The notes under the pieces were generated by a model that did not search any database, was not told where the DNA came from, and was given only the letters and a program-made list of their open reading frames with translations. Both the position numbers and the translations under genes were made by a program. A stretch of 64,000 nt of DNA from an uncultured Actinomycetes bacterium (GTDB taxonomy: Bacteria > Actinomycetota > Thermoleophilia > Gaiellales > JAICJC01), in assembly GCA_963737445.1 (NCBI GenBank), contig CAVTSO010000002.1, forward strand, positions 47,474 to 111,473. The letters run 5' to 3'. Numbering within the stretch: the first letter of the stretch is position 1; each line of letters starts with the position of its first letter. Below are positions 34,796 through 42,011 of this stretch, piece after piece.

Positions 34796-35643
34796 GGCTG
34801 GGCTGCGTGTGCGGGGAGGTAGGCCGGCGCGGGCGACGCCGCGTCCTGGCAGAGCGCGTCAGAGACCGCCACCGAGGCGGCCTGCATCGCGTCCAGCAGC
34901 TCCGTCGCGCCGGCGCGTCCGTGCACGGAGCAGACCAGCGCGCCGGTCTCGAACTCGATCGTCATGCGCGCGCCCGCCAGCTCGACCAGCTGCACGATCA
35001 GCGCCGGCGTGAACACCCGCCGCACCACCAGCTCGCTCTCCTCGTCCGCGACGAACAGCCGGTAGGCGCTGCAGAACTCCGCCGACTCGAGCTCCACCGA
35101 CCGGTCGGTGGTCAGCGCCGACGCCAGCCCGTCGGCCAGCCGTCCCTGGCCGTGGTGCCGCGGCAAGAGCGTCAGCCGCGTCATCGATTGCAGCCCGGTC
35201 AGCGTCTCCAGCACCGTGTCCGTGTGCGGGATGCGAGTCTCGTGCACGTTGCCGTACTCGTCCACCGAGCGCTCGACGGTCTCCCAGATGAAGTGCCCGA
35301 TCCCCGCCCTGCGCCCCTCGATCTCGCCTTCGAACCCGTCCTCCAGCCGCCGCGTGTCGCCTGCGCGAAGCAGCGACGTCACCAGCGCCGCCGGCAGGTT
35401 GCGGGCCGGCTGCCAGCCGCGTCGCGCCACCCAGTCCGCGTACTCCTGCTCCTCTGCCAGCCGCCCGATCGCCTGCCCCGCGAGGATGCCGACGACGCCC
35501 GCGCCCAGCAGCGCGCAGGCCGCCGCGACCGGCAGGTTGTGCGTCACGAACCCGCCCGCCAGCCCGCCCAGTACGGCGCCGATCGCGACCAGCGGCCAGA
35601 CCATCATGCCGGGAGCGCCGGCCGGCTCCTGAGACGTCGTCAT
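34792..35643 (-). CDS. membrane-anchored protein of unknown function, paralog of 34112..34795 (DUF3137-like)
   Basis: Start MTTSQEPAG (ATG 35643) inside ORF 34792..36378. Two TM spans, then LTLLPRHHG, VELESAEFCSAYRLFV and IVQLVELAG...IEFETGALV. ATGA overlap with the next gene. Confidence 0.5.
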   Translation of the reverse strand: MTTSQEPAGAPGMMVWPLVAIGAVLGGLAGGFVTHNLPVAAACALLGAGVVGILAGQAIGRLAEEQEYADWVARRGWQPARNLPAALVTSLLRAGDTRRLEDGFEGEIEGRRAGIGHFIWETVERSVDEYGNVHETRIPHTDTVLETLTGLQSMTRLTLLPRHHGQGRLADGLASALTTDRSVELESAEFCSAYRLFVADEESELVVRRVFTPALIVQLVELAGARMTIEFETGALVCSVHGRAGATELLDAMQAASVAVSDALCQDAASPAPAYLPAHAAQP

Positions 35644-35689
35644 GCCATCCTTATCGGCCGTCGCGCCGCCGGTCCCAACCGCGCCTGCA

Positions 35690-35695
35690 TAGACT
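35690..35695 (+). promoter_or_regulatory. -10-like TAGACT 8 nt upstream of the ubiD-like ATG
   Basis: TAGACTGCCGCgcgATGGCC. Shares TAGACTGCCGC...ATGGCC with the mqnE upstream region. Confidence 0.5.
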
Positions 35696-35703
35696 GCCGC
35701 GCG

Positions 35704-37167
35704 ATGGCCTTCACCGATCTCCGCGACTGGCTCGACCACCTGCGCCGTGAGGGCGAGCTGCACGAGGTGACGGCCCAGGTCGACCCCCACCTCGAGATCA
35801 CGGAGATCACCGACCGCGTAACCAAGGCCGGCGGCCCGGCGCTCCTGTTCCGCGACGTCAAGGGCAGTTCGCTGCCGCTCCTGATCAACCAGTTCGGCAC
35901 CGAGCGGCGCACCTGCATGGCCTTCGGGGTCGAGTCGCTGGACGAGCTGGGCGCGCGCATTCAGGGCGTGCTCGAGATGACGCCGCCGGAGGGCATAGGC
36001 GAGAAGATCCGCGCGCTCGGCAAGCTCAAGTCGCTGGCCGACTCGCGGCCGAAGACCGTCCGCAGCGGCCCCTGCCAGGAGGTGGTGCTCGACCCCCCCG
36101 ACCTGGACGCGCTGCCGATCATGACCTGCTGGCCCGAGGACGGCGGCCCCTTCATCACGCTGCCGGCCGTGATCACGAAGGACCCCCGCACCGGCATGCG
36201 CAACGTCGGCATGTACCGCATCCAGAAGTTCAGCCCCGACACCACCGCCATGCACTGGCAGATCCACAAGGACGCGGCCGCCGACTGGCGCGGCATGGGC
36301 GCGCGCATGGACGTCGCCGTCGCGCTGGGGCTCGACCCGATCACCGCATACACGGCCTCGGCGCCGCTGCCCAAGCACATCGACGAGCTGATGCTAGCCG
36401 GCTTCCTGCGCGGCGAGCCGGTGGAGCTCGTGCGCGCCCGCACCGTCGACCTTGAGGTGCCGGCACGCGCCGAGATCATCATCGAGGGGTACATCGCGAA
36501 GGGCGAGCTGGCCGACGAGGGGCCGTTCGGCGACCACACCGGCTACTACACCCCGGTCGAGCCGTTTCCGGTGCTGCACGTCACCGCAATCACGATGCGC
36601 CGCGACGCCGTCTATCCCTCTATCATCGTCGGCGTCCCGCCGCAGGAGGACGTATGGCTGGGCAAGGCCACCGAGCGCATGTTCCTGCCCGCGATCCGCA
36701 TGACCATGCCCGAGGTGGTCGACTACGACCTGCCCTTGCAGGGCGCGTTCCACAACCTAGCGATCGTCTCGATCAGGAAGGCCTTCCCCGGCCACGCGCG
36801 TAAGGTGATGCACGCGATCTGGGGCACCGGCCTGCTCTCGCTAACCAAGGGCGTCGTGGTCGTGGACGACTGGGTGGACGTGCACGACTACGGGCAGGTG
36901 ATGTGGCAGGCCGGCGCCAACGTCGACCCGGCGCGCGACGTCGTGCTGGCCGACGGGCCGCTCGACCACCTCGATCACGCGCCCACCAGGCAGTTCATCG
37001 GCGGCAAGATCGGGATCGACGCCACCGCCAAGTGGGAGAGCGAGGGCTATGATCGAGGCTGGCCGGCCGTGATCGAGATGAGCCCCGAAATTCGCGCACA
37101 GGTGACCGCTCGCTGGGCCGAATATGGCATACCCGTTACAAGCACAGATGACCGGAAGGCGCGGTAG
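35704..37167 (+). CDS. UbiD-family (prenyl-FMN dependent) decarboxylase, menaquinone-pathway type
   Basis: Start MAFTDLRDWLDHL (ATG 35704) inside ORF 34504..37167. DEGPFGDHTGYY motif. Confidence 0.85.
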   Translation: MAFTDLRDWLDHLRREGELHEVTAQVDPHLEITEITDRVTKAGGPALLFRDVKGSSLPLLINQFGTERRTCMAFGVESLDELGARIQGVLEMTPPEGIGEKIRALGKLKSLADSRPKTVRSGPCQEVVLDPPDLDALPIMTCWPEDGGPFITLPAVITKDPRTGMRNVGMYRIQKFSPDTTAMHWQIHKDAAADWRGMGARMDVAVALGLDPITAYTASAPLPKHIDELMLAGFLRGEPVELVRARTVDLEVPARAEIIIEGYIAKGELADEGPFGDHTGYYTPVEPFPVLHVTAITMRRDAVYPSIIVGVPPQEDVWLGKATERMFLPAIRMTMPEVVDYDLPLQGAFHNLAIVSIRKAFPGHARKVMHAIWGTGLLSLTKGVVVVDDWVDVHDYGQVMWQAGANVDPARDVVLADGPLDHLDHAPTRQFIGGKIGIDATAKWESEGYDRGWPAVIEMSPEIRAQVTARWAEYGIPVTSTDDRKAR

Positions 37168-37199
37168 TATGGCGCCGCTGCACTGACGAAAGGACGCCT

Positions 37200-37898
37200 G
37201 TGGCGGACACGCCCGCCGGCTCGCACGCCCACGCATACACCGCGCCACAGGCGCCCGACTCGGCCGTCACCCGTGGCCAGTTCCTGACCCTTTCGTCGGT
37301 CGGGCTGGGCGCGATGATCGGCGCCGTGATCGGGGTTCCGGCCACCGCCTACGTGCTGGCGCCGCTGACCAAGGAGGCCACGTTCAAGTCGGTCGCCCTC
37401 GGCCCGGTCACCAAGTTCACCTCGGAGACGGCGTTCAAGCCGACGGCGGCCACCTACGTCGAGGATCCAGCCGAGCCGAACACCAGCGCGGGCCTGGCCT
37501 GGGTGCACTACACCGGCAAGCAGAACCACAACTGGCTGGCCACCGACACCATGTTCGTGGTGTTCTCCAACCGCTGCATGCACCTCGGCTGCCCCGTCCT
37601 GGCGACGCCGCAGGGCTTCGCCTGCCCCTGCCACGGCGGCCAGTACGACACCCGCGGCGTGCGCACGGCGGGCCCGCCGATCCGCCCGCTCGACCGCTTC
37701 CAGTGGGAGATCCAGAAGGGCATCCTGGTGATCACGCAGCGCTGGAGCGTCGACTACGTCAACGGCCAGCTCACCTACTACCCGGTCAAGATGCCGGGCC
37801 AGCCCGTCCACACGCCGGGGCCGTTCGGCGACACGGCGCCAAACGTCCTCTACCCGAACGTCACCTACACCCACGGCCCCGCCCCCAAGCCCCAGTAG
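37200..37898 (+). CDS. qcrA: Rieske 2Fe-2S subunit of menaquinol:cytochrome c reductase
   Basis: Tat-like RGQFLTLSSVGLGAM. Cluster motifs CMHLGCP and CPCHGG. GTG start preceded by AAAGGA. Confidence 0.85.
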   Translation: MADTPAGSHAHAYTAPQAPDSAVTRGQFLTLSSVGLGAMIGAVIGVPATAYVLAPLTKEATFKSVALGPVTKFTSETAFKPTAATYVEDPAEPNTSAGLAWVHYTGKQNHNWLATDTMFVVFSNRCMHLGCPVLATPQGFACPCHGGQYDTRGVRTAGPPIRPLDRFQWEIQKGILVITQRWSVDYVNGQLTYYPVKMPGQPVHTPGPFGDTAPNVLYPNVTYTHGPAPKPQ

Positions 37899-37901
37899 CC
37901 G

Positions 37902-38726
37902 ATGCCGTCGCCGATCCCGATCCCGCCGCCGCCCAGCCCCAAGCAGATGGTGCTCGCCACCGAGGACTGGGTCGAGTACCGCACCGGCTTCCCGACGCTG
38001 GTGCGCAAGTTCCTGTTCCGCAAGGTGCCGCCCACCGGCTGGTTCCACACGCTGGGCTCGTCGCTCTTGACGGTGTTCATCCTGCAGGCGACCACCGGCG
38101 CGCTGCTGGCGATGACCTACGACCCGTCGCCCAACGGCGCCTACGAGTCGATCCGCTACATCACCGACGTGCAGACGCTGGGCTGGCTGATGCGGGGCAT
38201 GCACAAGTGGGGCGCGAGCGTGATGGTGATCCTGTTGTTCCTGCACATGGGCCGCACCTTCTTCTACGGTGCCTACAAGTACCCGCGCGAGATGACCTGG
38301 CTGACCGGCTCGCTGATCTTCATCAGCGTGATGGCCATGGGCCTGACCGGCTACCTGCTGGTCTGGGATGAGCGCGCCTACTGGGCCTCCGTGGTCGCCA
38401 TCAACATCAACGGCACGGCGCCGGTGCTGGGGCCGTTCATCTCGAAGTTCCTGCTGGGCGGGCCGGTGATCGGCGCCCAGACCATCTCGCGCTTCTATGC
38501 CCTGCACATGCTGCTGATACCCGGCGCCATCATCGCGCTGATCTTCGTGCACATGTGGCTGGTCGTGAAGCTGGGCGTCACCCCGTGGCCGGCGCGGCCG
38601 CCGGAGCCGGAGCCTGCTCCCGCCTACGAGCCGCAGCCCCAGCAGCACGTCGACGCGCCCGTCGCCGTGCCGGTGACGGCTGCCGCCGAGCAGCGTGAGG
38701 TGCAGGAAGTCGGGAGGGAGCGCTAG
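37902..38726 (+). CDS. qcrB: cytochrome b6-like (four-helix) cytochrome b subunit
   Basis: 274-aa ORF with the heme-ligand His pairs in MHKWGASVMVILLFLHM and FYALHMLLIPGAIIALIFVHM. It ends before the PEWY region. Confidence 0.85.
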   Translation: MPSPIPIPPPPSPKQMVLATEDWVEYRTGFPTLVRKFLFRKVPPTGWFHTLGSSLLTVFILQATTGALLAMTYDPSPNGAYESIRYITDVQTLGWLMRGMHKWGASVMVILLFLHMGRTFFYGAYKYPREMTWLTGSLIFISVMAMGLTGYLLVWDERAYWASVVAININGTAPVLGPFISKFLLGGPVIGAQTISRFYALHMLLIPGAIIALIFVHMWLVVKLGVTPWPARPPEPEPAPAYEPQPQQHVDAPVAVPVTAAAEQREVQEVGRER

Positions 38727-39553
38727 TGGCGCGCAAGGTCATCAACCGGCGCGTCCGCTACGAGACGGAGCTCACGGCGCAGAAGCGGGAGGGCCACGCC
38801 TTCTTTCCCTACGCCATGTTCCACGATGTGGTCGTGAACCTGCTGATCGTGCTGATCATCGTGGTGATGGCGGTGGTCTGGCACGCCACCGCCGGCCCGA
38901 TCAACGCCTCGCATCCGGCCGGCACCAACGGCTGGATCGGGGCGCTGTACGAGACCAAGGCCAACCCGGCGGTGGCCCAGACCGAGCCGCGTCCGGAGTG
39001 GTACTTCCTGTTCCTGTTCGAGCTGCTGCGCGTCTTCAAGCAGCCGTGGCAGCTGATCTTCGCCACCATCATCATCCCCACGCTGATGATGGTGCTGCTG
39101 ATCGCCTGGCCGTTCCTCGATACGGGCCGCGACCGGCGCCTCTCGCGGCGTCCGGCCGGGGTCGCGCTGGGCCTGGCCACGCCCGCGGTGCTGATCGCGC
39201 TGACGATCGCCGGCGGCGAGGCGCCGGGCGCCATCTCCGGCGCCAACATCAGCAAGAACCCCGCGATCAACGCGCTGCCCGGCTCGCAGCTGATCGCCGA
39301 CGCCGCCTGCGCCACCTGCCACACGTTCCCGACCGGCGGTGCCTCCGGGCCCGGCTCCTCGCTGGCCAACGGCTCGACCAAGTACGGCACCGACCAGAAG
39401 GGGCTGGCCACGTGGATCGGACACCTGGCCAGCCAGTCCGGTGCCGGCATGCCCGCCTTCGACCAGTCGTTCAACCAGCAGCAGATCGACCAGATCGCCC
39501 AGGTGATCGCGTCGCTCAAGACCAACAGCGTGCAGCCGCTGGGCGGCAGCTAG
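38726..39553 (+). CDS. qcrC: subunit-IV-like domain fused to a mono-heme cytochrome c
   Basis: PEWYFLFLFELLR (the C-terminal half of a long cytochrome b), then CATCH heme-binding motif and GMPAF Met ligand. GTG overlaps the qcrB TAG. Confidence 0.8.
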   Translation: MARKVINRRVRYETELTAQKREGHAFFPYAMFHDVVVNLLIVLIIVVMAVVWHATAGPINASHPAGTNGWIGALYETKANPAVAQTEPRPEWYFLFLFELLRVFKQPWQLIFATIIIPTLMMVLLIAWPFLDTGRDRRLSRRPAGVALGLATPAVLIALTIAGGEAPGAISGANISKNPAINALPGSQLIADAACATCHTFPTGGASGPGSSLANGSTKYGTDQKGLATWIGHLASQSGAGMPAFDQSFNQQQIDQIAQVIASLKTNSVQPLGGS

Positions 39554-39567
39554 CCGCGCTTAGCAGT

Positions 39568-39573
39568 TAGGCT
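39568..39573 (+). promoter_or_regulatory. -10-like TAGGCT 7 nt upstream of the ubiX ATG
   Basis: TAGGCTcccggccATG. Confidence 0.45.
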
Positions 39574-39580
39574 CCCGGCC

Positions 39581-40189
39581 ATGCGAGTCATGCTCGGCAT
39601 CACCGGGGCCTCCGGCGCGCCCTACGCGGCCCGGATCCTGCGCGCCCTGTGCGACCACGGCGCCGACGTCGGGGTGTGCGCCTCCGCCGCCGGCCGCCAG
39701 GTGATCGCGCTCGAGATCTACGGCGACCGCGGCATGGACGGCGGCGACGCGCTGGAGCGGTTCGTGGCCGACCACGGCAGCCCCGACACGCGCATCTGGG
39801 CGGAGCGTGACTACTCGGCGCCCTACGCCTCGGGCAGCTCGCGCACCGACGCGGTGATCGTCTGCCCCTGCTCGATGGCCTCGATCGGCACGATCGTGGC
39901 CGGCGCCGAGGCCAACCTGATCCACCGCGCGGCAGGCGTGCAGCTGAAGGAGCGGCGCAAGCTGGTGGTGGTGCCGCGGGAGACGCCGCTCTCGTCGATC
40001 CACCTCGAGAACCTGCTGCGGCTGCGAAACGCCGGCGCCGACGTGATCGCGGCGATGCCGGCCTTCTACCACCTGCCGCAGACCATCGACGATCTGGTGG
40101 CGTTCGTGGCCGGACGGGTGCTGGACGCGATCGGCGTCGACGTGACCCTGCACGAGCGCTGGGGCGAGTCGCAGGTGGGTGCGCCGTGA
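39581..40189 (+). CDS. ubiX: UbiX-family flavin prenyltransferase
   Basis: 202-aa ORF with GITGASGAPYAARIL and CPCSMASIG motifs. Confidence 0.85.
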   Translation: MRVMLGITGASGAPYAARILRALCDHGADVGVCASAAGRQVIALEIYGDRGMDGGDALERFVADHGSPDTRIWAERDYSAPYASGSSRTDAVIVCPCSMASIGTIVAGAEANLIHRAAGVQLKERRKLVVVPRETPLSSIHLENLLRLRNAGADVIAAMPAFYHLPQTIDDLVAFVAGRVLDAIGVDVTLHERWGESQVGAP

Positions 40190-40872
40190 CCCTGCAGCCC
40201 GAGCGCGTCCGCGACATGTTCGACCGCATCTCGCCCAGCTACGACCGCATGAACCTGCTGATGTCGATGGGCCGAGACGGCTGCTGGCGGCGACTGGGCG
40301 TGCGCGCCTCGGGCGCGCAGCCGGGCGATGCCGCGCTCGACGTCTGCTGCGGCACCGGCGACTTCGCCGTCGAGCTGCGGCGCGCCGTGGGGCCGTCCGG
40401 CCGCGTGGTCGGGCTTGACTTCTCGCCCCAGATGCTGGAGATGGCGCGGCGCAAGAGCAGCGCGGTCGAGTGGCTGCAGGGAGACGCCCTGGCGCTCCCG
40501 TTCGCCGAGGCTGAGTTCGCAGCCGCCTGCGTCGGCTTCGGCGTGCGCAACCTGTCCGACCACCGCCGTGGATTCGCCGAGATGGCCCGCGTCGTTCGCC
40601 CCGGCGGCCGCGTCGTGTGCCTCGAGATGAGCACGCCGCCGGCGCCGATCAGGCCCTTCTCCCAGCTCTGGACCGACCGCGGCGTGCCGGTGCTGGGACG
40701 GATCGTGGCCCACGACCCCGAGGCGTACCGCTACCTGCCGGCGTCGGTGCACCGCTTCCCGGCCGCGCCTGAGCTGGCCGAGATCATGCGCGACGCCGGC
40801 CTGATCGACGTCGGATACCGGCGGCTGATGATGGGCGTGGTGGCGCTGCACGTGGGGACGGTGCCTGGGTGA
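40186..40872 (+). CDS. ubiE: demethylmenaquinone methyltransferase (UbiE/MenG family)
   Basis: MFDRISPSYDRMNLLMS and SAM motif LDVCCGTGDFA. GTGA overlap with ubiX. Confidence 0.85.
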   Translation: MTLQPERVRDMFDRISPSYDRMNLLMSMGRDGCWRRLGVRASGAQPGDAALDVCCGTGDFAVELRRAVGPSGRVVGLDFSPQMLEMARRKSSAVEWLQGDALALPFAEAEFAAACVGFGVRNLSDHRRGFAEMARVVRPGGRVVCLEMSTPPAPIRPFSQLWTDRGVPVLGRIVAHDPEAYRYLPASVHRFPAAPELAEIMRDAGLIDVGYRRLMMGVVALHVGTVPG

Positions 40873-41819
40873 GCCTGGCCACCTCGGCGCACCAGGCCTT
40901 CGCCGAGCGGGTCGAGGAGCGGCTGGAGCAGGCGGTGGCGACCGACCCGGGCGCCGTCGCCCGGGCCGGCGCCCAGACCCTTCGCTCCGGTGGCAAGCGG
41001 CTGCGCCCGCTGCTGGTCTCGATGTGCGCCACCGACGCGGCCCGCGGACGCGACGAGCTGGTGCGGGCCGGCTGCGCGGTCGAGCTGGTGCACATGGCGA
41101 CGCTGGTGCACGACGACGTGCTGGACGCGGCGCCGCTTCGGCGCGGGCATCCAACGGTCTGGCGCACCGACGGCCGCGAGTTGGCAACGGCCACCGGCGA
41201 CCACCTGTTCGCGCGCGCGTTCGCCGAGCTGACCGAGACCGTCGACATGGCGGCCGTCGCAATCCTGGCCGACGCCTGCCTGGGCCTGGCCCGCGGCGAG
41301 ATCCTGCAGCGCCATCAGGCCGGCGACCCGAGCGTCACCGTCGACGGCTACCTGGAGCGATGCACGCTCAAGACCGGCCGTCTCTTCTCGGCGGCGGCGC
41401 GGCTGGGCGCCCGCTTCTCGCAGCTGTCCGCAGACGACGCGGCGGCGCTGGGCCGCTTCGCCGAGGCGCTGGGCCTGGCCTTCCAGATCGCCGACGACGT
41501 GCTCGACTGCGACGGCGACCCCGACACCACCGGCAAGCCGCTCGGCACCGACCTGCTGGACGGAACCGTCACCCTGCCGCTGCTGGTGGCCGCCCGCCGT
41601 GACCCCGAGGTGGCGGCCGTGATCGCCCGCGGCGCCGTGCCCGACGACGTGCTGCCGACGCTGGCTCGGGTGGTGAGAAGCGGGGCAGTGGCCGGGGCCC
41701 GCGCCGAGGCACAGCGGCTGGCGGAGCGGGCGACGGCCGAGCTGGACGCCGTCGGCGCTCCGGTCGACGCAGGAGCATTGCGCGAGGCCGTGCTGCTTGC
41801 CTCCGACCGCAGCGCGTAG
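40869..41819 (+). CDS. long-chain polyprenyl diphosphate synthase
   Basis: Both Asp-rich motifs are present (LVHDDVLD, QIADDVLD). GTGA overlap with ubiE. Confidence 0.85.
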   Translation: MSLATSAHQAFAERVEERLEQAVATDPGAVARAGAQTLRSGGKRLRPLLVSMCATDAARGRDELVRAGCAVELVHMATLVHDDVLDAAPLRRGHPTVWRTDGRELATATGDHLFARAFAELTETVDMAAVAILADACLGLARGEILQRHQAGDPSVTVDGYLERCTLKTGRLFSAAARLGARFSQLSADDAAALGRFAEALGLAFQIADDVLDCDGDPDTTGKPLGTDLLDGTVTLPLLVAARRDPEVAAVIARGAVPDDVLPTLARVVRSGAVAGARAEAQRLAERATAELDAVGAPVDAGALREAVLLASDRSA

Positions 41820-41923
41820 CCCGAGGTCTAGACGATTGATCGATATCTCTCGCGAGCCTGGCCGCTGCGGTTGGTCGGGGGTTCGCGGGCCGGGGTGGCT
41901 ACGGCAGCGAACCGTCGTCTCCG

Positions 41924-41946
41924 TCTGCGATCTGCGTGATCGCAGA
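41924..41946. terminator. perfect 9-bp hairpin TCTGCGATC-tgcgt-GATCGCAGA inside the TIR element
   Basis: Read directly. Lies between convergent genes. No U-tract. Confidence 0.3.
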
Positions 41947-41958
41947 TCCCTCCCGACC

Positions 41959-41981
41959 GGCGCAAGGCGATGCCTTGCGCC
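41959..41981. terminator. perfect 10-bp hairpin GGCGCAAGGC-gat-GCCTTGCGCC inside the TIR element
   Basis: Read directly. Lies between convergent genes. No U-tract. Confidence 0.3.
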
Positions 41982-42011
41982 TTGGGCACCACGGAGATAT
42001 CGATCAACCAT

